This document shows, piece by piece, positions 23,954-33,845 of a stretch of DNA of 44,232 bases. The stretch covers positions 9,255,882 through 9,300,113 of the forward strand of contig NC_069009.1 of the NCBI RefSeq assembly GCF_001194135.2, given 5' to 3'. Under the pieces are notes generated by a model that was given only the letters and a program-made list of their open reading frames with translations, did no database searches and was not told the origin of the DNA. The position numbers were made by a program, and so were the translations under genes. Within the stretch, counting starts at the first letter, position 1. Each line of letters begins with the position of its first letter. Source of the DNA: Octopus bimaculoides (Eukaryota).

Positions 23954-24103
23954 TGTATGTATTTATGTATGTATGTTTGTATGCATATATACATGTCTCC
24001 ACAATGTGTTGAAGTTTCTCATTGAGGTGGTCGCCACAGATGGATGGTTACCTAGATATAACTGTCTCTAACGTCCTACATTATATATTTTCATACTGCA
24101 TAG

Positions 24104-24185
24104 AACATCACCACTGGCCAGTCAGAATCTATCCAATGTCTGCTCAACATGTTGGACTTTCTCAACATCAACAATTCTTGCTTTG
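24104..24185 (+). CDS. MEI1: MEI1-like exon D (82 nt, phase 0-1): NITTGQSESIQCLLNMLDFLNINNSCF
   Basis: Acceptor attttcatactgcatAG, donor G|GTGAGT. It supplies exactly the phase 0-to-1 bridge needed between exons C and E. CLLNMLDFL resembles MEI1 CLEALLDYL. Too short for the ORF track. Confidence 0.85.
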
Positions 24186-24440
24186 GTGAGTTTACCATCC
24201 ATTTTCCTCCTCCTCCTCCTCCTTCTCCATCTCCGCTTCACATTTTGTTCTTTGTTGTTGTTGTTTAACTCCAGGTCAGTCCTGAGTGAGTTGAGCCATG
24301 ATCACAGACAGCACTGGTTTAACCATTGAACAAAGTAAGCACAAGCTTAGGGTATCATAGGAAGGGGGCATCACAAGAAATGGTAAATAGTTTACAGTAC
24401 AAAAAAAATTGCTTTAAACTTGCTAAAATAATATTCAAAG

Positions 24441-24789
24441 TATAGGGGGGTCCAAAAGTCTTGTTACCCCCTACCACCACTAAAAAGTACTAAAAACAAT
24501 AGAGGAACAATATAACAATATCAAACACATGTATTGGTTTTAGTACATTCACTTTCATTGATACTGATATTGTCATACATCGAGAATGTCTGCATGAACA
24601 CCATCATTTTCGTGACATAAAACGATATGGCACCATGTCCTATGTGATATTTTACAAAACTGTTGCTGTTCATGCAGACAGTCTCAATGTGACTAAAACC
24701 AGTACATGTGTTTGGTACTGTTATGTTGTTCCTCTATTGTTCTTATTACTTTTCAGTAGGGGGTGACAAGACTTTTGGACCACTTCATA
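24441..24789. mobile_element. Tc1-like MITE with long TIRs (over 100 bp)
   Basis: ggtccaaaagtcttgttacccccta...aacaatagaggaacaa...acacatgta.tggttttagt is inverted at the right end, with TA at both flanks. Confidence 0.85.
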
Positions 24790-24967
24790 GTTTATATGGA
24801 CAGAAGTATAATTTCAAAGTGTCCATGGTGTCATAGTGAGGATCTGATCAAAGACTTTGCAATTAAAAAAATTAGAAAACTTTTGAAATATAAATAAAAT
24901 GGAAGTATGCAAAAATTAACATTATTTTCCATCTTATTGTTAATTTTGCTTCATTAAGTATTTTGGG

Positions 24968-25292
24968 CAGTGGTTCTCAATCAGGGCCCACATGGATATT
25001 TTTGGGGGTAGAGAGGGGTCTATGCAAACAAAATAGTAAATTGGGAACCCATAGAAGTACATTAAGGGTCTACGAGAAAAATTTTGCTTTAGATGGATTT
25101 ATTGCAAGAAACAGCTTGTTTTCTTTTTTTTTTAATGTCTTATGCAGTTCAAACTACACGAGTTCATGTATGATGAACAAAATAGGAATTTTGAAAGAAG
25201 CATCTATAAATCTGGTTTTTAAACATCGAATGGCTACGAGGGGTCCGCCAATGAAATGGGGTCTATAGATAAAAAATGATTGAGAACCACTG
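24968..25292. mobile_element. hAT (Charlie-like) MITE
   Basis: Perfect TIR CAGTGGTTCTCAATCA / TGATTGAGAACCACTG. The 8-bp TSD is poorly matched (attttggg vs gtttagag). Confidence 0.8.
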
Positions 25293-25599
25293 GTTTAGAG
25301 CCTCTATGGGTCTTAATCTGGCCCTGATTGTGGACATTCCAGTTGTGACGACCCCTATTTTTGTATGTACTGTTGACACTTTACAAGGCTCAAGTGAGGA
25401 CCAACAATAGAGTCCTGAACTTTTGGATGAGATTCAGGACTCCAGTCATCTCTGTTTTTTCTACCATTACTCTATAATGGCCTCCATTCCTTGAGCTGAC
25501 TGGTCCTCATACCTCCTCCTCTTGACCAAATTGCATGTAGTGAGATTGAACTTAGAACCATGACTGTGAAGCAAGCTTCTTAACTACACAGCTATATGG

Positions 25600-26660
25600 T
25601 ACATTACTTTGTAAGGAGGCTAGGACTGCAACTATTTCATACCAGTAGATATAATCTTGGATTATCTCTCTGATTTTATACCAAGAAAGACCAATTGTTT
25701 TTGCTTTATCCTCCACATATCCTTTCCAGGTCTTCTTAGGTCGTCCAACTCTCCCCTTTCCTTCAGGTTGCCAGTCTAACACTTGTCTTGCAAAGCTGCT
25801 TGGAGGTTTCCTTAGAGTGTGACCAATCCAGCCCCATGGAAGTTTGGTTCATTCTATCCCACGGACTTCAGTTTGAAATTTTGTTTGACCACCAGATCTT
25901 TAGGATATAGTGCAGACATTTGACAAAGGTCTGCAGCTTATACTTTATGGCATTAGAAGACATAAAATAGAGTTTTAATACTGTCATATTGATTATAAAT
26001 GTATTATCTAATTAGTTAGTTCGTCAGTCCACATTACTCTGTGAGGAGCATAGGTCCATGGCCATTTCATACCAGTGAACTCGATCTTGGATTACCTCCT
26101 TGATTACAGACCAAGACAGACTGATTTCTTTCACTTCATTCTCCAAGCATCCTTTCCAAGTCTTCTTAGATCACCCAACTTTCCTCTTTCCTTCAGATTG
26201 CCAGTTTAACACTTGTCTTGCAATGCTACTTGGAGGTCTCCTTAGAAGGTGACTGACCCAGCCCTATTTCCTTTTCAGAATTTCTTGATTGATAGGAGTT
26301 TGGTTCATACTATCTCACAGACTTCTGTTTGAAATTTTGTCCAACCACCAGAACTTGAGAATCTAGTGCAGACATTTGGCACAAAAGTAGTCCAGAAAAA
26401 TGACAATGTGTGACCCATCATCATACTTACTTAAGCCCTTTACTCCTTATAGTGCTTAGGCCATAAATGACTTTAATTTTCCACTGTTCTTGACTCTGGG
26501 TAGTCATTTCTGCTTCTTTCCAGTTGGATCCTTGAATTTTCTTGCAGCTTACTTTTGAATTTTGCTGCACCACATCATATGTTTCCCTGAAGAAGGACCT
26601 TTCTCTCCTCAGTTTTGATGGTTTTGAATTACCATTGATGCTTCTGTAGCTTTGCATATT
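25600..26660 (-). mobile_element. Three adjacent 3-prime fragments of a second RTE-like LINE lineage
   Basis: WIGHTLRKPP...LDWQPEGKGRVGRPKKTW (25600-25950), a second copy at 26030-26390, and a third ending RSKGLK* followed by taagta (26422-26660). Confidence 0.82.
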
Positions 26661-26964
26661 TCTAGGTAGGGGTGTTGACCCTATGCAAACCCATTTCTAC
26701 CTCTGGGAAGAGGTGGTGCATATCATTCTGGCCTCTCTCCTTTGAAGTGTTCAGCATGGGAGACCCTACCAGGGACTTGTGCTCAAATGGCATAATTCTC
26801 AGATTATTGAGGCATATAGCCACCAGGCCACAGGCTATCAGTCCGTCATGGGGCTACTCATTTACAGCTGAGTAGACTGGAGCAACATGAAATAAAGTGA
26901 TTTACTCAAGAACACAAAGCATCGCCTGGCCCAGGAATTGAAACCACAATCTTATGATCATGAG

Positions 26965-27480
26965 TTGAGGGAACCCGTGGAAGAGGTAGGCCCTGGAAGA
27001 CCTGGGCTGAGGTGGTGAGGCAAGACCTTCGTACATTGGGCCTCACCGAGGCGATGACTACTGACCGAGACCTTTGGAAATGTGCTGTGCGTGAGAAGAC
27101 CCGGCAAGCCAAGTAAGATCGTTGCCAGTGCCCCTGGACTGGCTCTTGTGCAGGTGGCACATGAGATGCACCATTTTGAGCGTGGCCGTTGCCAGTACCG
27201 CCTGACTGGCTCCCGTAGGATTTTCGAGTGAGATCGTTGCCAGTGCCCCTGGACTGGCTTGTGCGGGTGGCACATAAAAGACACCATTTCGAGCGTGGCC
27301 GTTTTCGTGCGGGTGACACGTAAAAGCACCCACTACACTCTCTGAGTGGTTGGCATTAGGAAGGACATCCAGCTGTAGAAACTCTGCTAAATCAGATTGG
27401 AGCCTGATGTAGCCATCCGGTTGCACCAGTCCTCAGTCAAATCGTCCAACCCATGCTAGCATGGAAAGCGGACGTTAAAC

Positions 27481-27511
<31 letters not shown>
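26965..27511 (+). mobile_element. RTE LINE 3-prime end with ORF C-terminus GTRGRGRPWKTWAEVVRQDLRTLGL...REKTRQAK* and (GAT)n tail
   Basis: Direct translation, with the stop at 27114-16. Confidence 0.92.
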
Positions 27512-27512
<1 letters not shown>

Positions 27513-27689
27513 GTCCAACACCTGTTTTTAAAGCCATAATGTGACATTGGAGGTTTAGTTGTTTCTATGGTTTGTAGTAGCAGAGCCCAAGCCAACCCTG
27601 GGGCATCAGACCTATTGTAATTAATAAATTAGTGAAACACACATCAAGAAGGGATTCACAGAGGTATAGTTCCAGATATATCATAGTCC

Positions 27690-28330
27690 TGCTGTGTGGC
27701 ACCTTGGGCAAGTGTCTTCTACTAAGCCTCGGGTTCACCAAAGCCTTGTGAGTGGATTTGGTTGATGGAAACTGAAAGAAGCCCATCATGTGTGTATGTG
27801 TGTGTAGATGCAGGCATGGCTGTGTGGTAAGAAGTTTGCTTCCCAACCACATGGTTCCATGTTCAGTCCCACATGGTGGGACTCTGGGCAAGTGTCTTCT
27901 ACTATAGCATTGGGACAACCAAAACTTTGTGAGTGGATTTGATAGATGGAAACTGAAAGAAGCTCATCTATCTTTTATCTTTTATTTGTTTCAGTCATCA
28001 GATTCTGGCCATGCTGGAGCACTACCCCGAAGAACTTTTAGTTGACTAAATCAACCCCAGTACTTTTTTTATTTTTCAAGCCTGGTACTTATTCTATTGA
28101 TCTCTTTTGATGAACTGCTAAGTTACAGGGACATGAACACACCAATACCAGTTGTCAAGCAGTGGTAGGAGACAAAGATACACACACACGAAGGGCTTCT
28201 TTCAATTTCCATCAACCAAATTCACTCACAAGGCTTTGGTTGGATCAAGGCTATAGTAGAAGATACTTGCTCAAGGTGTTACACATGAGGTTGAGAAGCA
28301 GGTTTCTTACCACATAGCCGTACCTACACC
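27690..28330. mobile_element. Two tandem SINE A copies (+) followed by a composite SINE (-)
   Basis: Motif matches. The copies are oppositely oriented within about 600 bp. Confidence 0.85.
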
Positions 28331-28462
28331 TTTGATCTTAAGTCTGCTGGTTCAGCACTAACCTAGGGCTAAACAACAGCAACAAAAACAATATTTTCTG
28401 TCCACAATCTTTCCCAATCCCCGATAATTCTTTGTGTTTTATTTTCCTTTCTCTTCCCCTAG

Positions 28463-28569
28463 AACACCAGATTATGTCTCAACCTTGGAACAATGTCTTA
28501 CTGGATTTCCTTTTTAGGGCCCACAACCTGGCTGATTTCTCTGACTCCTTACTTTCACTGATCATTAAG
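28463..28569 (+). CDS. MEI1: MEI1-like exon E (107 nt, phase 1-0): EHQIMSQPWNNVLLDFLFRAHNLADFSDSLLSLIIK
   Basis: Long pyrimidine tract ending cccctAG, donor AAG|GTAAGT. SQPWN matches the remembered MEI1 motif LHVASQPWNRFLLFTLL. Confidence 0.9.
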
Positions 28570-28774
28570 GTAAGTCTGTCTGTGCTCTGGGGTTACCATT
28601 TCTATCATACTGATAATTTATCTACCTCTACTGTAGACTGGCCCCTAAAACAAGAGAGCCCTTACACTGAAGAAATAGCAACCAGGACCTCTCTCAAATA
28701 ATACCCTAACATCTTTGATCATAGTCCTACAGGATCTGGACTGACCTGAGGTTAAACACCATCACTAGTACTTT

Positions 28775-29125
28775 TTATGTAGCTCAATCACCAGTGTTTT
28801 TTATGTGGTACTATCTCCAGTGTTTTTTATGTGGTACTATCTCCAGTGCTTTTTATGTGGTACTATCTCCAGTGCTTTTTATGTGCTACCATCACCTGTG
28901 ATTTTTACATGGCACCATCACTAGTTCTTTTTACATGGCACTAGCACCAATATATCTTATATACACCATCACCAGTGCTTTTTATGTGGCACCAGCTTTA
29001 GTACTTTATACGTGACACCATCTTTAGTGCTTTTTATGTGACACCATCACCAGTGCATTTTATGTGGCACCAATACCAGTGCTTTTTTGTAGCATCATCA
29101 CCAGTGTTTTTTTAATGTGGCATCA
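28775..29125. repeat. About 26-bp minisatellite, about 14 degenerate units (caccatcaccagtgctttttatgtgg)
   Basis: Direct reading of contiguous units with no spacers. Confidence 0.92.
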
Positions 29126-29182
29126 GTGATTTTTTTCAAGGCACCTAGTTTTATTGTTGCTATACATGTTTTTTCATGACAG

Positions 29183-29314
29183 TTCTTGGATCATGAAGAC
29201 TGCATCGAGCTCATGAAGTACCACATAAACAATATGTTGAAGAATGCCCACATCATGTTGAAGTTTGGTCGAATCCCACCAGAGCGAGTTCTCATGCGGA
29301 GTTTGTTACACAAG
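29183..29314 (+). CDS. MEI1: MEI1-like exon F (132 nt, phase 0-0): FLDHEDCIELMKYHINNMLKNAHIMLKFGRIPPERVLMRSLLHK
   Basis: Acceptor ttttttcatgacAG, donor AAG|GTAAAA, 44 open codons of unique sequence. Phase-compatible with exon E, but sequence similarity to MEI1 is weak. Confidence 0.78.
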
Positions 29315-29394
29315 GTAAAATGCATGTGTGTGTGTGAAAGAGAGAGAAAGGGGTGGGGAGAAGTGGGCATTGTTTTTTGCTTATTTTACGTTTT

Positions 29395-29750
29395 TCTTTT
29401 TTCTGTCTTTGGACTGCAGCCATGCTGGATCACTGCCTTGAAGGGTTTAGTCAAACAAATTGACCCTAGTATACGTTTTCTAAGTTTGGTACTTATTTTA
29501 TTGGTCTCTTTTACTGAACTGCTAAGTTATGGAAATGTAAACAAACCAGCACTGGTTTTCAAGTGGCAGTGGGGAACAAACACAACACAAAGGCACACAC
29601 ATATGTAATGGCTCTCCTCACAGAATCTGTCAAGCAAATTCATTCACAAGACATTGGTGAGCCTGCAGCTATAGTAGAAAACACTTACCCAAGGTACCAT
29701 GCAGTGGTACTGAACCCAGAACCATGTTGTTTCACAACCACACAGCCTTG
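29395..29750 (-). mobile_element. Composite SINE (B and A modules)
   Basis: Motif matches. Confidence 0.8.
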
Positions 29751-29954
29751 TTTTTCTTATTTTTATTTTATTTTATTTTATTTCTTGGTCAGTGGTTGAG
29801 CTTGACTGCTTTTGACCTAGGGCTACCAAGACTATTAGGAGAAAAGGAGGAAATTATTTATGGTAAAGGGACCCTGGTCAGAATATTTAAAACAAAGTGG
29901 AACTTGTTAAAGCAGAGAAGTCAAACTTATTTGGGTTTTGTTGAGTAGATTAAA

Positions 29955-30335
29955 GCACAACTGGCTTTGAACAGGTTGAACACTGTCCCTATTCTCCTGA
30001 CTTGGCCCCATCTAATTATCATCTGCTCCCCATCATAAAAAAACACTTGGCTGGGAATCGGTATCACAGTGATGAGGTTTGTCATATCTGCTGTTGATGA
30101 TATTTTTGAGCAACAGGATGAAAGCTTCTTTGTCAATGGGATCCAAACACTGCAGCACTGATGGAAGGAATGTGTGGTCCACAAGGGGGACTGTGTTGAT
30201 AAATAAACCTCATTTGGTCACATTCTGCTGAGACAGTTACAAAAGGCTGTCAAGACCAAATGAACAAGAAAACTGACAAAAGGGCTCTTGTTTCATCAAG
30301 ACAAGGCTGCAGTACACAAGTCCTTGGTTTCTATA
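29955..30335 (+). mobile_element. Mariner transposase fragments (C-terminal part, then an upstream catalytic part)
   Basis: PYSPDLAPSNYHLLPIIKKHLAGNRYHSD...KGDCVDK*, then about 30240-30335 KLTKGLLFHQDKAAVHKSLVS. Confidence 0.85.
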
Positions 30336-30344
30336 GAAAACCAT

Positions 30345-30990
30345 AAGACCAAACAATCATCTGTGTACACCATCCATTTGGTGTACACAGCCTTGCAGGA
30401 GTTTTTGTAGCTTAGGATGTGAATTCGTCAGAACCTTGAACCAAAATCCCTGAACTGGTTCCGGGCCAGCTGCCTTCCAATTTCTCATCTTACCAACTCT
30501 GGCTTCAACATCTTCCACCATAATGACAATATCCTCCCATATCCCCATGTCTTTGAATTCTTCTTCCATTTCATGGAGCCAGGGTACCCTGTTGTTGTGT
30601 TTGACAACCTCTGACCAGATCTTGCTCCAAAACGAAGTTGCTTCTTTGGGATCAGGTGACCCTGATTCTTCCTTATCTCATCCACCCAGAGCAGCTTATT
30701 TGTTCTAAACGGATGATCTTGTTTAAACTATAGAAACCTTTCCTTGTATCTTTTGATCTTAACTGCACTCACTTTAATCTTTTGTTTTAATATATCTGAT
30801 ATAACTAGAGTGCCCTAATCCACCAGGTGGTATTTCTTATTCATGTAATTCTGATCTCTGTCATTGAGCCTTATATAACTATTCCTTACTCCCTAAATCT
30901 TACTTAAATCCTTCTGCCCTGTATTGATGCTTTTTTTTATTCTCCTTTCTCTGAAGGGTTCTTTGTTTCTTTGTACTTCTTTTTAGTGGG
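30345..30990 (-). mobile_element. R4/Dong-like RLE retrotransposon fragment from the pre-RT region
   Basis: Frameshifted LKQKIKVSAVKIKRYKER...EATSFWSKIWS..HN..WL...GKMRNWKAAGPEPVQGFWFKVLT. Confidence 0.8.
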
Positions 30991-31168
30991 GATTCCTTTT
31001 ATTTATTTATTAATTATTCATTTCTTTAACTTCTATTTATACATCCTTTGTTAATGGTGTAGTGTCTTCCTTTGATCAGTGTAAACCCCATCTGTTTTTG
31101 TGTGTTGTATCCCATCCTTTGATATTGTCCTCCATGTCTTGGGCCCTAGTAGCCAATAAAAGAAAGCA

Positions 31169-31169
<1 letters not shown>

Positions 31170-31217
<48 letters not shown>

Positions 31218-31790
31218 CATTATTGAGTGAGAGCAGTGCATGCCATCAAAGTGACACTGGGATACGAATATATGAAGCCCAATATATCCGCCATGACTAC
31301 CCATCTGATAAGGGTACACCAGGCACATGCATCACAACCATATGTGATGCATTGTGATCGCATATCAAGATAAACAGCGCATGACCTTGCAGGTGGGGCC
31401 TAGTTAGAATTTTATTCAGATCGAGTAGCCCATCCCACTCAAAAGGTCCCTGAGTAAGGGTTGTTTAAGAATGTTGAACAAAACACCCATGTTTCCAGAG
31501 GTGAATTATCCAAACCCCAAAGAATTCCTCTCAACACATGGCTTCTGCTTGTGATCAGAGATGCACATATCGTCAGCCATCAAGAGACATGCTTAACTGG
31601 TTAAGGTCAAACAACTGACAAGCAAATCTGTGGTATTGAGCAGAATAGTTGCTATTACCATCATTTATAGCAAGACAAAGTGTGTGCATGATAACACTTC
31701 CAATCAGTTAATCACATGATAATCACTTCCAATCAGTTAAGATCAGAAGCCATGAGAACCAGCGCCTAGTATTGCATCAGGGCATTTATT
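31170..31790 (-). mobile_element. Unclassified (TAA)n-tailed interspersed repeat
   Basis: Non-coding, retroposon-like body ending in a long (ATT)n at 31170-31215. No second copy in the window. Confidence 0.45.
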
Positions 31791-32211
31791 TTCAGACAAA
31801 TCTCAGACAGTGGGGTTCCTCGGTTATCCCTAGAGGCCTTCCTGTATCAGGAGGGTCACATCTCTATCATCCTCCCAGCCATTTTTTTTCTACTTTTGTA
31901 TGCTATGCATAGGTCCCTTCTTTTTCAGTGTATACAATGTATACTTACTTTTTTTTTATCATTTCATTATTATATGTAAACCCCAACACCTTCATGTCTG
32001 TCCCTTTATTGTCTCCCCTCATCCTTCGCCCTGGTAGAAAATAAATCAAATCATCATCATCATCATTATTATTATCGTCACCACCATCATCATCCTCTTC
32101 TCTCAGTTTTGTTTCCATTTCTTGCCGAGTGTCTTTCCAACACCTAGGGCAAAGAAACTCACTGTGTACATTGGCAGGTCATTAAAATAAACACACCAGA
32201 TTGTTCTTTCT

Positions 32212-32606
32212 TTTACTTTCTTTTATTTATTTGTTTCAGTCATTTGACTGTGGCCATGCTGGAGCACCGCCTTTAGTCGAGCAAATCGACCCCAGGACTT
32301 ATTCTCTGTAAGCTTAGTACTTATTCTATCGGTCTCTTTTGCCACACCACTAAGTTACGAGGACATAAACACACCAGCATCGGTTGTCAAGCGATGTTGG
32401 GGGGACAAACACAAGACACACACACACACACACACACATATATACATACAACAGGCTTCTTTCAGTTTCCGTCTACCAAATCCACTCACAAGGCTTTGGT
32501 CAGCCCGAGGCTATAGTAGAAGACACTTGCCCAAGGTACCACACAGTGGGACTGAACCCGGAACCATGTGGTTGGTAAACAAGCTACTTACCACACAGCC
32601 ACTCCT
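32212..32606 (-). mobile_element. Intact-looking composite SINE (A, microsatellite, B)
   Basis: Low-divergence copy with both modules and an internal (CA)n/(TA)n tract. Confidence 0.92.
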
Positions 32607-32695
32607 AAAGTCACATGATAGAAAAAATAGTGTGGAAGAAAAACAGAGAAAAAGGAAAGAAAAAATTATTATTATTATTATTATTACTATTATTG

Positions 32696-33122
32696 TCTTT
32701 GCACAGCTTCTAACGCTGGAGATGTGCTACGGTGCCAGCTGTTCACTACCAGTGAACTAAAGTAACACCTCTTATTTTTTGAGCACCTTCTCGAGTATTC
32801 GAGTGGTTCCAAGCAGTGCTGTCTTCTGTATTGTGCTCCACCCCTATTGCAGCCCCTATTTGCTCCACATACTTCTTGAGATTTTTACTCACTGTCCCCA
32901 GGGCTCCGACAATTATTGGCGCTACTGCTACCTTTTTCATCGACCACAACTGCTTAACTTCCCAAGCTAACCTGTCATATCTCTCGACTTTTCTTTCTTC
33001 CTTATCACATACCGTGTTGTCAGCTGGACATGCTATATCTATGATCCAGCATAGTTTGTTTGCTTTCTCAATTAACACTATGTCCGGCTTTGTTTTCTTT
33101 CTCAATTACGACTATGTCTGGC
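32696..33122 (-). mobile_element. 5-prime-truncated R4/Dong-like element with restriction-like endonuclease domain, flanked by (TAA)n on both sides
   Basis: KPDIVLIEK...WIIDIACPADNTVCDKEERKVERYDRL...PIIVGALG, a PD-(D/E)xK RLE. (ATT)n at about 32665-32695 and 33123-33150. Confidence 0.9.
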
Positions 33123-33157
33123 TTATTATTATTATTATTATTATTATTATTTTGCAG

Positions 33158-33250
33158 TTGACAAATGTTGCGATGACTTGTGATGTTGATGAGAGTTTAG
33201 TATTCAATGTCAAAGACATGATGGAAGACAGCTATGACAGTACACAGTGA
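33158..33250 (+). CDS. MEI1: Probable MEI1-like terminal exon (phase 0): LTNVAMTCDVDESLVFNVKDMMEDSYDSTQ*
   Basis: Acceptor (tta)n-ttttgcAG at 33156-57, unique sequence, in phase with exon F, ends at TGA. No clear similarity to the vertebrate C-terminus, so the assignment rests on position and phase. Confidence 0.5.
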   Translation: MTNVAMTCDVDESLVFNVKDMMEDSYDSTQ

Positions 33251-33399
33251 AGGGTACAAGAGAAGTACAGGAGGAGTATGCATTAAATTCACATGATATG
33301 TACAAGGTCTGAGAAATAAGTATCTGGACTGTAGCCATGGTAACAAAGCTAAAGCATGCAGAGTAAAGCTGCATGGCACAGATTAACCCTGAACTCTGT

Positions 33400-33845
33400 T
33401 GGGTACTAAGTTTTAATCTTCTAGCTCACTTCTGCTGTTTACAGCAATGCTTGGAAGGAAGGTGTATAGCGTGTGATTGCCTCTTTGACCATGACAGAGA
33501 AAGTTGTCATGGCGATACCTGCTCAGAGGCCTACACAAAGTTGCAGAAAGTCTATGGAGAGGAGTGTATGAGCTGCACACAAGTGTATGAGTGGCTCAGA
33601 CATTTCCGAGAGGACATGTGAAAATTTTGATATTGGAGAGACCCATATCCAGATGAACTGAGAAAAACATCACAGATATGTGTGCAGCTGTGACGGAAAA
33701 TCGTCGAATCACCATTCGTGAGTTATCAGAGGATGTGCAGATTAGTGATGGTTCAGTTCAGTCCATCATCACTGGAGATTTGGGTAAGAGAGACGCGGCT
33801 GTCAAGTTTGTGCCAAAATTACTTTCAGCTGGCCAAAAAGACACT
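33400..33845 (+). mobile_element. Mariner 5-prime part, running into gap 33846-34256
   Basis: EAYTKLQKVYGEECMSCTQVYEWLRHF...NRRITIRELSEDVQIS...KFVPKLL. Confidence 0.88.

Noticed and set aside
11112-27426. Recurrent ORFs such as AEFLQLDALPNANHSESVVGAF and MSPARKRPRSKWCLL
   Set aside because: These are antisense or off-frame readings of the RTE 3-prime UTR. They recur because the repeat recurs.
28775-29125. CRISPR-like array
   Set aside because: The units are contiguous and degenerate with no unique spacers, there are no cas genes, and the context is eukaryotic.
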